A stretch of 63,984 bases of DNA, filler included, from Octopus bimaculoides (Eukaryota): assembly GCF_001194135.2 (NCBI RefSeq). It is 6 parts of 6 records of this genome, joined end to end, with 100 filler letters (N's around TTAATTAATTAA, not from the genome) between each part and the next. Parts side by side here need not be neighbours in the genome. Positions count along the whole stretch, not along the records: positions 42,004 to 58,186 come from NC_069009.1; positions 58,287 to 62,836 come from NC_068994.1; positions 62,937 to 63,984 come from NW_026399935.1; 3 more parts are not named here. The stretch is one strand, 5' to 3'. The notes beneath the pieces were generated by a model. The model was not told where the DNA came from and searched no databases. It saw nothing but the letters and a program-made list of their open reading frames with translations. Numbering within the stretch: position 1 is the stretch's first letter; each line of letters begins with the position of its first letter. The position numbers were made by a program, and so were the translations under genes. Positions 53,026 to 63,984 of this stretch are shown piece after piece.

Positions 53026-53207
53026 ATGTTTTATCAATTGAAATTGAGTTCTGTATTGGTACTCTTTATGAGATTATGTTTGGAGTCTCATGCTGCGTCA
53101 GACATTTGCAGCATATGCAAATGTCAATATTCTAAGACAGATATAGATTGCTCATCTCGGGGACTGACGTCGGTCCCACAACCCATTCCACCGAATGTTG
53201 AATCTTT
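53026..53207 (+). CDS. LRR-gene coding exon 1: signal peptide + LRRNT cap
   Basis: MFYQLKLSSVLVLFMRLCLESHA (signal-like), then CSICKC...IDCSSRGLTSVPQPIPPNVES(L). Acceptor ttttacag ends at 53007; GTAAGT donor at 53208, phase 2. Confidence 0.9.
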
Positions 53208-53773
53208 GTAAGTATTAGACAATTTCTACATATTTTCCACATTCAGTGGTTTAAATTCTCGTTAGTTATGTTCTTAAATAATACCTTATTTTTTTGACCT
53301 CAGTTTTCAAACATGATGTTATGTTGGAGTAAAAAGTAAACTGTTTCTCTGTACATGTTGATTCAAACGGAGTCTATAATTTACAATATTGCACACGAAG
53401 ATGGTATCAGACCAATATCTGAACCAACATTACATCAAAATTCCTTAAGACAATATTCAGGGAACGGAAAGTATGAAAACTGTTGGTGTTAGCATAACGT
53501 GTTGCATATATTGTTGTTATGAAGGAGAGTATAAAATGGAAGAAATATTCTGATAGATATAATTCTAAATGGTACTACTGGAAATCAAAATACTGTTCTG
53601 TAGTTCTACAAAAGAAAACCAATAATGGATCATAATTCATTCTAATGAGAAATAATGTTCACGATCCCGTGATTGATGTAAAGCATACCACACGTTCCTG
53701 TGTACGTTTTTACTGTAGGGTGGACAATTTGAATTAGGGATGGAATGCGTGGTGTCGGTCAGTTAACGACGTG

Positions 53774-53925
53774 AGTTGGGTAAGTGAAGAGTTAGGCGTT
53801 GTGAAGAGTTGGGCAATGTAAAGAGCTGGGTGATATGAAGAGTTGAGCGATGAGAGTTGAGATTTGAGTAGAGCTGTAAATGAGAGGTAAGTGATGTGAA
53901 GATTTGGCGATGAGAGGTAAGCAAT
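53774..53925. repeat. Degenerate 14-17-bp tandem repeat (GTGAAGAGTTGGGCGAT-like)
   Basis: Four clear 17-mers at about 53784-53851, then shorter variants. Confidence 0.7.
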
Positions 53926-54369
53926 GTGAGCAGTTTATCCCAGATCAGGTGATGGGGAACTACATTCAGTGTCAAGATGGTAACGAACACAGTCGGAGAA
54001 AAGTTGGCGATGTGAACAGGGAGGAGAAAAGTCAGTGTGAATTTGGTAACGAAGACATTCTGTGAAAAGATGCGATGTGACCAGTCGAAGTGAACAGGGT
54101 GACGAAGAACGATATCACGCAAGACATCCGGCCGGCTTCTACTAATTCTTCCCCTCTAAGTAAGTTGGCTTGCTGGGCAGGCTTGCGGTTTCCCAGCTGC
54201 TGGCTTGACTGTTGGAGTTGTGTTGGTGTTAGGATGCCACATTTCGCAACATTATTTCCTAAATTGAAGATGTTTATAGTTACAGTTGTATTGATAATAG
54301 TTGATTTAGTATTAGTATGACAGTTAAGCATGTCTATATTATGTTTACAATCAAATGTGATACTGTTAG

Positions 54370-55077
54370 ACTAATTTGTTGATAAAGAGTGTCAAATGTA
54401 TTTGGAGTGACAATTGTCGGGCCGCGTTTGAGAAAGTAAAAGCCATACTCATGAGTTCTCCAGTTTTGATAGCACCAGATTTTGGGAAACCATTAAAGGT
54501 TTCTATTGATGCAAATGACGCTGGTGTCGGCGGTGTTCTGTTTTAATCAGATGCAAAGGGTGTTGATCATCCTGTTTGTTATTACTCAACCAAATTTGGC
54601 AAACACCAGCGAAATTATTCAACCATTGAGAAAGAAATCCTTGCTTTGTTATTGTCATTGCAACATTTTGACGTATATTTGGGAACCACCAAGTATTCCA
54701 TTGAAGTGTTCACCGACCACAATCCGCTGACTTTTCTGCGCAAGGAGAACAAAAATCAGAGATTAATGAGATGGGGTTTATCTTTGCAAGAATTTAATCT
54801 CAATATTCAACATATTAGAGGTAAAACAATGTCATTGCGGAAGCACTATGTCGAGTCAGCTGATTGTGACAGGATGTTACATGTATTTGTGTGACTTATG
54901 CAGTTCTCGTATTTTGCCATTGTAAATAAGAAAGTTTTCACTGCGTTTAACTTTCTTCCTTTAAGGAGGAGAATGTTATGTATATCTATAATATAATTAA
55001 ATGAGAGAACTTACAATGTTTTCTGAATGTGGCGAGATAAACGTTTGTCAACGACCTTTTGGTAGAATTGAAATGAC

Positions 55078-55119
<42 letters not shown>

Positions 55120-55414
55120 GAAGTGAGCATGGGACAAGATAGGTATTCTTGTTTACTTCCTGTTAAAAAGGTGAGTTAAGAAGACAGGAGAGCTTGGCGT
55201 GGATGGTACAAAATACGAGAGAAAGCTGCATACGGTTCGGACCGCTCACCTCCTACCTTTAAACAATTGAATACTGGACATTAATTTCTTTGGGTATTAT
55301 ACCTGTTGTCACATAATCCCAATCTTTGAATATTAATTCCCTGTTTGAACAATTCCTGTTGTTGCGATCAGAAATTTACCCCTTTTATGCATAAGAATTT
55401 GCCTGATCGTAACA
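54370..55414 (+). mobile_element. 5'-truncated Gypsy LTR retrotransposon: connection/RNase H, PPT and 3' LTR (Gmr1-like order)
   Basis: AFEKVKAIL..PVL.APDF, DANDAGVGGVL, NYSTIEKE, FTDHNPL, RLMRW, NVIAEALCR, stop at 54861-54863. Purine tract AAGGAGGAGAA at 54963-54973; LTR TGTTATG(54974)...CGTAACA(55414). Confidence 0.9.
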
Positions 55415-55534
55415 CTTCTTTTTCCTCATCAACAGTTTCAAATTCCCACCCATACCATCGTCTAATTGTTGAGTAAAAAATCCGTTACAAATATGTTCTA
55501 TACATTTTCTTATTAACTCCATTTTATGTTCCAG

Positions 55535-55606
55535 AAACTTGAATTTTAATAATATCAAGGAAATCCAATCAGTCACCTTCAAAAATCTGTCAAGTTTAAT
55601 AACTCT
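55535..55606 (+). CDS. LRR exon 2 (72 nt)
   Basis: ttccag acceptor and GTAAG donor, phase 2-2; NLNFNNIKEIQSVTFKNLSSLIT(L). Confidence 0.9.
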
Positions 55607-56187
55607 GTAAGTTGAACTGGTTTTATTTTTAAGTATTTCATTGACGATATATCTCGAAATCTATATCGTGCCACTCTTCATTGTAAGCACCGGCACTAGT
55701 CTTTCCAAAGATGTGGTTTATTGTTTGTGATATGGGGTATATGAGAGCGTGATAGATCAGGAGAACAATTTGGTGCTTGCATTGTTATGTCTACATGTAT
55801 GTGTAAACTCTGTCTTGGCTCAAAATGCATTAATGTTTGTGAATATATGTGAGTGCCTGTTCTTCAGGCTTGGTGTAAATGAGTGCGTGACAATTAACGG
55901 TAACAGTTAGTGCAAACATCATTATATGTATATAGAAGCTGTTTGTCACTGTGTGCCTGTGAATGTGTGCCTGCAAGTGTATCGAAATGTATATCATGTA
56001 TGCTGTTTTCGTCTACATCACAACTGATTAGCAACCTCTTCTTCTTCTTCTTCTTCTTCTTCTTCTTCTTCTTCTTCTTCTTCTTCTTCTTCTTCTTCTT
56101 CTTCTTCTCCTCCTCCTCCTCCCCCTCCTCCTCCTCCCTCTTCAAAATAAAGATGTTTATCTACCTTCTCCTCTACTTATCTTGCAG

Positions 56188-56259
56188 ATATTTGGATAAT
56201 AATAATATCGTAAAACTTGAAGCAGCTGCTTTCCGTGATCTTCCCAGTTTGATAACACT
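56188..56259 (+). CDS. LRR exon 3 (72 nt)
   Basis: cttgcag acceptor and GTAAGT donor; YLDNNNIVKLEAAAFRDLPSLIT(L). Confidence 0.92.
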
Positions 56260-56496
56260 GTAAGTCTGTTAATAATATGAATATTGATAATGGATTGCGA
56301 AATCTTTAAAACCTTCCCCTTCTTTCTCTCTCCACGTTTTTGTCCTTCCCTACATCCTCACTCGCTTTCTATGCTGTTCTGTGATACTTTGTGAGTGTCT
56401 GTAAATGTGTGTGTCTGCGCGTGTGTAGCTGAATGTGTTCGCATGTATACTTTCTGTTCTGGCCAATCCGGCTTTATCTTCTTATCCACTCTGGCT

Positions 56497-56568
<72 letters not shown>
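56497..56568. repeat. (CTA)24 microsatellite in an LRR intron; related (CTT)n/(CTA)n tracts at 56038-56140, 56982-57095 and 57468-57520
   Basis: Direct inspection. Confidence 0.95.
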
Positions 56569-56981
56569 GTAAATTCTTGGTTTTCTTCCTCTCCCTTTTT
56601 CCTTTATTTCTTATTCTTGCTACCTTCCTTCTTTTCGTTTTTATGAGCATCCCGATATTCCTTTACTTTCTTCTTCTTCTTCTTATTATTTTTTCTGTGT
56701 TATTCAATTCTTTTTAAATGGTTTCTTCGTATTTCGTTTTCCCTCTATTATTCGCTAGTTTATTTTTCGCCTCAATCCTCTGTTTTTTCTTCTTCTTCTC
56801 CTCCCTTCTTCATTTTCTTCTTCGTTTTGTGTTTCTCTATTTTATCCTATTTTTTTGTTTGTATTTCATATAATCTACTTCCTCCTTCTGTTCCTTTTTC
56901 TTCTCTTCTGATTTTGATACAGTGGTTGTTGTTCCTCTTTCTAATGTAGCCACCTCATCCGTTCTTTCCGTGCTTGTCTTT

Positions 56982-57028
<47 letters not shown>

Positions 57029-57030
57029 GC

Positions 57031-57062
<32 letters not shown>

Positions 57063-57140
57063 CTTCTTCTTCTTCTTCTTCTTCTTCTTCTTCTTCAACA
57101 TAATGAATTTTGTTTACCCTCTCCTCTTTTTATCTTACAG

Positions 57141-57212
57141 ATTTTTGAATGATAATGATATCAGAACAATTGAAGTAGGGGCCATCCAAGATCTGTCCAG
57201 GTTGACAACACT
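57141..57212 (+). CDS. LRR exon 4 (72 nt)
   Basis: cttacag acceptor and GTAAGT donor; FLNDNDIRTIEVGAIQDLSRLTT(L). Confidence 0.92.
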
Positions 57213-57800
57213 GTAAGTTGGAAAAGTCTTGTTTATAATATGAAATTGACAATGAATTACTAAATCTTTAAAACCTTCCCATTCTCTTTCGCTCCACGTC
57301 CTTGCCTCTTCCTACATGCTCTCTTTCTCTCTCTCATTTTCAATTTCTTCTTTCTCATTTTCTTTCCCTTTCTCATTTTCGTCTTTAGTTTTCTTATTTT
57401 GTTTTTCAACTTTCTGTTTGTCCTGTTTCATCGTTTCATTCTAGTTTCCGCTCTTTTTCTCTTCAATTTTCTTCTTCTTCTTCTTCTTCTTCTTCTTCTT
57501 CTTCTTCTTCTTCTTCTTCTAGATCATTTTCACTTCTTTCCTTGTTGTCGATGTTGTTCATCTTCTTCGTTTTGTGTTTTATCTTAATTTTTGCTTTTGT
57601 ATTTTACGTCACCTACTTCTTCCTTGTTTTCCTTTCTATTTTCTTCTGCCTTTGATGTAGTGTTTGTTGCTCCTCTTTCTTTTCATCTTCTAATGTAGCC
57701 CCTTCATTCTATCCCTTCGTATTCTACTACTTTCTCATCGTCTCCTTCGCCTCCTTCAACATCCTGATATTGTCTACTTTCTCCAATTCTTATTTTACAG

Positions 57801-57872
57801 ATATTTGCATAATAATAATATCGGAAAACTTGTAGCAAAAGCCCTCCATAACCTGCCAAGTATGAGCACACT
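57801..57872 (+). CDS. LRR exon 5 (72 nt)
   Basis: ttttacag acceptor and GTAAGT donor; YLHNNNIGKLVAKALHNLPSMST(L). Confidence 0.9.
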
Positions 57873-58797
57873 GTAAGTTGAATGAGTCTTGATAATATTT
57901 CATTGACAATATATATTACTAAATTTTAAACTCTTCCCGTTCTTTTTCGCTCCAAGTCCTTGTCCATCCCAACATGTTCACACTCTTTCGATAGAACTGC
58001 GTGAGTCTTTTCGCGTGCCTGTAAATATGTGTGTCTGTGCATGTATTTACTTGAGTATGTGTTCGCATGTATAATTTCTCTTCCGGTCAACCCTGCTTCA
58101 CCTTTTTATCACTCCAGCTCTTCTTCCTTTACGCCCCTCCTCCTCCTCCACTCCCCTCCTCCTCTACTCCCTTCTTCTTCTTCTTCNNNNNNNNNNNNNN
58201 NNNNNNNNNNNNNNNNNNNNNNNNNNNNNNTTAATTAATTAANNNNNNNNNNNNNNNNNNNNNNNNNNNNNNNNNNNNNNNNNNNNGTTCAGCGTCACAG
58301 GACGGGATAAAGGTTTGGGAATATTCGGGGAAGCATAATAACATCTTCCACTTTCGTATTCAGCTCACCTAATCCCGATATTTTTTATTGATAGGTTTTG
58401 AAAGAAGACTACAAAAGTATGGCCATACAGCGCATACGCATACGTCCACGGAAGCATACATTGTCCAATGTATACGCTTGCCCGCGCGCATGCACGTACC
58501 CGTTCTCGCTCAAACACACACATACACACACATATGCAACGCACACATATGCAACGCACACGCTCGTTTTCTTTAACGAACGTGAAATAAAAGAAGTAGT
58601 GATATTCAATAGTTATTGTAGAATTCGCGTGTTATCAAAATGTGATATAATTTCAGATAAATTTCTTTATTAGCCACGCACGACCGAACACAGAACGGAC
58701 AATACAATGTAGAATTTTTCTTTTCGAAAACGATCAAAAGGGACTTGTACACAAGGAGATAATCTCGGATATTAACATTATGTTATGTTCATATAAA

Positions 58798-59077
58798 GGA
58801 GTATTCCGTCGGTTACGACGACGAGGGTCCCAGCTGATCCGATCAACGGAACAACATACTCGTGAAATTAACGTGGAAGTGGCTGAGCACTCCACAGATA
58901 CGTGTATCCTTAACGTGGTTCTCAGGGAAACTCATCGTGACACAAAGCATGGACAACGCTGGACCTTTGAAATACAGGTACTACTCATTTTTGCCAGCTG
59001 AGTGGACTGGAGCAACGCGAAACAAACTACCTTGCTCCAGGACACAACGCGTTGCCGGGAATTGAACTCACAATCTT
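58798..59077 (-). mobile_element. SINE family C copy
   Basis: Reverse complement of 27830-28052 plus a tRNA-like head (gagttcaattcccgg). Confidence 0.8.
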
Positions 59078-59084
59078 ACACGCA

Positions 59085-59195
59085 TATATACAAAAATACC
59101 CTGTTGATGTTGTTGAAATTCCAATGAAGGAACCTTGGATCTAGGTCAGAAACCGGCTCTTTTTCTACTGGCGGAACATCGTGAAATGAAACTGA
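59085..59195 (+). mobile_element. Isolated 3' UTR of the LINE at 25820-26215
   Basis: aaaaataccctgttgatgttgttgaaattccaatgaa..ccttggatctagg is the reverse complement of about 25868-25935. Confidence 0.75.
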
Positions 59196-59625
59196 ATAAT
59201 AGCACACATTCATACACAAACAGTAAATGTTTAAGTGATAATGTCGAAAAGCTAGTGATTTTGAGTAAAGAATGCGATCAGCTAACATGCATATTAGAAG
59301 AACAGCCAGTAAGCGGAACAGTAAAAGTTGGCAAGACGTTTCTGAAGTTCCTGTAACAACGTGTCATATTTGTTGTTAGTGGAATGGAGCTTTATTTCTT
59401 TGTTAGAAACAAAAACAAACTCGTTCTTTGTAGGAAGAATTCACATGGCTTAGGAAGAAATATTCAGACATACGTTTCAAACGTACATTACATACATATA
59501 GTTCATACAAACATTTCATACATGCATTACAGGCATATATACATTTCATACATACATTACATACCTATGTACATATAATTCATACATACATGTCAGACAT
59601 ATATTGGATACATATTTTTTATATT

Positions 59626-60009
59626 CTACTTGATTCAGTCATTTGACTACGGCCATGCTGGAGGATTTCTGTCGAACTAATCGACCCCAGGAACTAATTT
59701 TATTTCAGCCTAGTACTTATTCTATCGGTTTCTTTTGCTGAACAGCTAAGTTACAGGGACGTAAACACACCAACACACCGGTCGTTAAGCGATGGTGGAG
59801 GAAAAACACAGACACAAAGAAAGAAAGAAACACACACACATATATACGACGGTCTTCTTTCAGTTTCCGTCTACCAAATCCATTCACAAGGCTTTGGTCG
59901 GCCCGAGGCTATAGTACAAGACACTTACTCTACGTACCACGCAGTGGAACTAAACCCGGACTATGTGGTCGGGAAGCAAGCTTGTTACCACACAGCCACG
60001 CCTGCGCCT
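59626..60009 (-). mobile_element. SINE family A, near full length
   Basis: Reverse complement of 30104-30484. Confidence 0.85.
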
Positions 60010-60089
60010 GCATATATACATTATTTGATACGTACTTTACATACATATATGCATACATTTCATGCTTTGTCCTAATTAGTTTTTATTAG

Positions 60090-60158
60090 GAAACTGTCAT
60101 TTACCATAGAACAGAGCTACACTTTAAGTAAATTACTACCAACCAACAATTATACACT
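60090..60158 (+). pseudogene. Candidate decayed LRR exon (69 nt)
   Basis: ttttattag acceptor and ACT|GTAAG donor as in exons 2-5, phase 2-2, starting KLSF. The LRR pattern is recovered only by assuming indels, which introduces a stop. Confidence 0.4.
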
Positions 60159-60329
60159 GTAAGATAATGTATAACACAGTCTTTGTATGTCCTACGCCTA
60201 TACAATCACAGCGATGGAAGCAATATCACCTCAGCCAAAGAAATAACTCATAAGAAAGGAATTTGAGATGTGTTGATCAGCTTCTAATTAACTAACAAAA
60301 CAATGTCAGATATGCGACGGTATGGGAAG

Positions 60330-60930
60330 AATTTTTTTAATGTTTGGCTGGGTTACAAGGAATTACTTGATTCTGTTCTGCACTCGCGGATTCTCGTACT
60401 TCTGATAAAATTCAAAGCTAGAGACAGTCTGGAATCGTCAAGGATCACGATTTTTAATTTTAAATGCAAGAAGTGATCGCATTGACTCTAAGAGGATAAG
60501 TTATAGTAGGAATATATTTTAAAGGAATATTGTATGATGTTATTTATACTTGCGATGGATCATTGGATGGATCTGAAGAGAATGCAAATGGCTGACAGGA
60601 GGAAAGATGCATCACAACGTATCATAATGTATTTTATGGAACAACCGAAAATATATATACTAAAAATATGGATATGAAGGATCTTGATCTGATTAGAGCG
60701 TTGCAAAGGATATAGGAATGGAGCTTGGCAAAGATAAATGTTTCAAGCTTAGGAAAAAACTACAAAGAACTACAAACCTGTGTAGCAGCATCTCTATCAA
60801 TGGCCTGATATTCTTCCAGCATCCAACAAGAAACACTGCACATATCTTGGAGTGGATGCAAATGTATCACATGATGCCGTTTGTCAGAAGGAACGCATCA
60901 CTGAAGAATGGATAACCGATTAATAAATGT
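60330..60930 (+). mobile_element. Highly decayed R4/Dong-like RT fragment
   Basis: KDIGMELGKDKC and TYLGVD...KERIT in shifting frames. Confidence 0.5.
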
Positions 60931-61842
60931 GATATACAAGTGTCCTCAAATGTTGTTAGTTTACTATTTAAGTGTGAGGTCGGATTTGTAGTCAAAACAT
61001 TATGCAAGGAAGTTAGGATTAGGTGTAACCTTGAAGATGAATATAAATATGGCCGCAATGATGTAGGGTGTATAGCCACTTATAATATGGAAGAATACTA
61101 GTGGACTTCTCCTACAAAGCACAACAGACAAGACAAAATGAAACAGAAAGAGACAGACTTGAATCTTGCGAAAAGGAAAATACATACAAACACTAAAATG
61201 AAGATATAACAAAACAGACGTTACAATGTGGGACTAAAAATCAAACCAAATAGAACCATTTGTTTATCATTCTTAATGCTAATATATCGTGGTAGGCAAA
61301 TTTACTGTGGAATTCGTCCTGAAATAATATCTCATATAGACGTGCTGTTCTTAGATCACAATATGTATAGGAGGCAGACGAAGGTGAGAAGGTTTAATAC
61401 ATATCTTCCTCATTAGGCTTTGTCAACGGTTTGTAATCACAGCCAGTTACATGCCAGGAAGACACCTATCGCCTCTCTTATACGAAAACTGAATTAAAAT
61501 TCCTTGATGTTGCAAATAACCCGCCCCCGACTAATTAAACTTTCGATATATGCGAAAATAAAAGTATTAGATTAAAATAGCCATTTGTGTATCATACTTA
61601 ATAATAATACGTCGTTGTAGACAAATATGCTGCATTATTCGTCCAGAGATAATATACTGACGTACTGTTCTTAGAGTCAAAGACATAGAATATATAGAAT
61701 GTAGACGGAAATTCTTCTCTGCTGGTTACTACGCTAGATGAATTTCTGCCTTAATGGGCCTTACCTGTAGTACGTACTTACAGGTAATCACATGCCAAGA
61801 ATAAAGAACTTTTATTATTCAATAACTAGCTGCTAACATAAT

Positions 61843-62055
61843 GTTCTTTTCTACTCTAGGCACAAGGCTCGAAATTTTTGGGGAGGTGACCAGTCGATTA
61901 GATCGATCTCAGTACGCACCTGGTATTTAATTTATCGATCCCGTAAGGATGAAAGGCAGAGTCGACCTCGGCGGAATTTGAACCCAGAACGTAAAGACAG
62001 ATGAAATACCGCTAAGTATTTCGCCCGGCGTGCTAACGTTTCTGCCAGCTCGCCT
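61843..62055 (-). mobile_element. SINE family B, near full length
   Basis: Complete reverse-complement match from ctcgcct (head) to aggcacaagg (tail). Confidence 0.85.
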
Positions 62056-62087
62056 CATTGCTGCTAAAATAATGTTACAATAAAACT

Positions 62088-62415
62088 GACACTCCGTCGA
62101 TTACGAAGACGAGGGTTCCAGTTGATCTGATCGACTGAACAGCTGGCTCATGAAATTAACGTGCAAGTGGCCGAGCACTCGACAGACACGCGTACCCGTA
62201 ACATAGTTCTCAGGAAAATTCAGTCTGGCACAGAATGTGACAAGGCAGGCTCTTTAGATTACGGGTACTACTCGTTTTATTGTCAGCTGAGTGGATTGCA
62301 GTAAGGTGAAATAAAGTGTCTTGCTCAAGGACACAACGGGACGCCAGGCATGAACGCCTGACCTTACGTACGATCAAGATCTGAATACTCTAACCACCAA
62401 ACCACGTGCCATCAC
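62088..62415 (-). mobile_element. SINE family C copy
   Basis: tgaaattaacgtgcaagtggccgagcactc...cagctgagtgga...ttgctcaaggacacaac. Confidence 0.8.
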
Positions 62416-63193
62416 AATATTGTAATAAGGGAAAAAGAGAATATATCAATTCTGAACTAATGAGAAATCTCTACTTACTCCATGCGGGTTACTAGCTTTG
62501 GATTATACCAGTAATTATTGGTAGACTTGGTTATGTAACCAAAAGCGGTTCATTTCACTCCAACCTACTCGACTGACATAGGTCCCGGCGAAGATTTCTC
62601 TCACTCCATCCCTAACACGATCGATGTTCGGAAGGGTGAAAGACTTGAAGTATCACGAGCGGGTTTGTGTCAGTCTGATCATGAATGCACGGAGCGGGAA
62701 ACGTTTAGAAAAATATAGACAAATTACCTATCATACTCGCTTGTAAGTGACAGCCGTAGATTGTATATGTATGTATGCATGTATGTATGTATGTATGTTT
62801 ATGTATATGCATATATATATATACATACATATATATNNNNNNNNNNNNNNNNNNNNNNNNNNNNNNNNNNNNNNNNNNNNTTAATTAATTAANNNNNNNN
62901 NNNNNNNNNNNNNNNNNNNNNNNNNNNNNNNNNNNNATCTATCTATCTATCTACCTTATACTAATCTATGTATGTACCCATTCGAGTGTCTGTCTCTATT
63001 GCGGACCGTATGTCTGTCTGTCTGCCTTTTTGTCTTTTTATCTGTCTATTCATATTCCTATCTATTTACATATCAATGAAAATATCTCTCTACTTGATAT
63101 CACACACCCTACATACATACACGAATGGATAGAATCACACACACATTAAACACACTCTAACCATTCTTCTTTATAGTGCTGTAGTGGCTACCA

Positions 63194-63270
<77 letters not shown>

Positions 63271-63984
63271 GTATCTCTGTGTGAGTATGCGCGATTGGTC
63301 TCTAGTTGAATGTAACTGTTTCTACCCCTTAATTTAGTACCGTCCATACACGCATAAGAATGTATGTGTGTGTATGTGTGTGTATGTGTGTGTCGATATA
63401 TATATATACATAAAAACAGATTATATATTCGTCTTTTACCCAACCATGTATATGTTTATATGCCAATATACACCTACCTATCGTTCCCTTTGTCTATCTT
63501 TATAGCTATACATACACTCATGTATATAAGTCTTTTTTGCGTATGTATGCGTGTACCTACGTATGTATTTATGTATTTATGTATGTATGTGTCTGTCTAT
63601 CTGTGTCTCTCTCTCTATCTATATAACTCTCTGTCTATCTAGCCATCACCACAACTTTTCTTCTCTTAATCTTCCCCATTGTATTTATTATATAATTTTC
63701 GTATCCTTTTTCTTTTATCTCTCTTCGCCACACCCCCACCGTCTCTCTGTCTATCCACCTCTCTTTCACACCTTTTTTGTGCCTTTGTTTTACACATTTT
63801 GCAAAGACAAAAGAATTATATTTGGTTCTTCAGAATATATGACACCTACTGATTCTACCGCTCCTCGTGTATATCATTTTCTCCTCAGCATGGTCGTTGT
63901 TTTGTTCTGCATCGGTGTAATTATGATCCTGAACATCATGGCCACAGTTACCGTTGTCATGATAGTCGTCATCGTAACCATCAT

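Noticed and set aside
63834-63984. Open hydrophobic frame after a TTCAG at the window end
   Set aside because: It runs into a (GTC/ATC)n low-complexity tract with no LRR or GPCR motif.

Overview
Eukaryotic, AT-rich, repeat-dense genomic DNA with many N gaps. It is most likely Octopus; this is an inference from the SINE families, the microsatellite load and the N44-TTAATTAATTAA-N44 scaffold spacers. I found no rRNA, true tRNA, CRISPR or prokaryotic features. Two host-gene segments on the + strand are largely missed by the ORF track. (1) Two exons at 42874-42988 and 43514-43592 splice in frame and encode TM3-TM4 of an adhesion-type (7tm_2) GPCR that appears to lack 10 codons at the end of TM3. 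(2) A gene starting at 53026 encodes a signal peptide, an LRRNT cap and at least four 72-nt single-LRR exons; these sit in tandemly duplicated exon+intron cassettes that run into an assembly gap. The rest is decayed transposons: an intron-bearing Tc1, two mariners, several Penelope-like elements, CR1-like LINEs (one with tandem CCCH fingers in ORF1), restriction-like-endonuclease LINEs (R4/Dong-like, HERO-like), Helitron helicase pieces, a Gypsy remnant ending RNaseH-PPT-LTR (Gmr1-like order), and about 25 SINE copies or fragments. The best lead is a possible tandem cluster of LRR-bearing adhesion GPCRs whose ectodomain grows by cassette duplication, but the link between the two segments is a hypothesis. 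All motif matches were made by eye and all family comparisons are from memory; no database searches were run.
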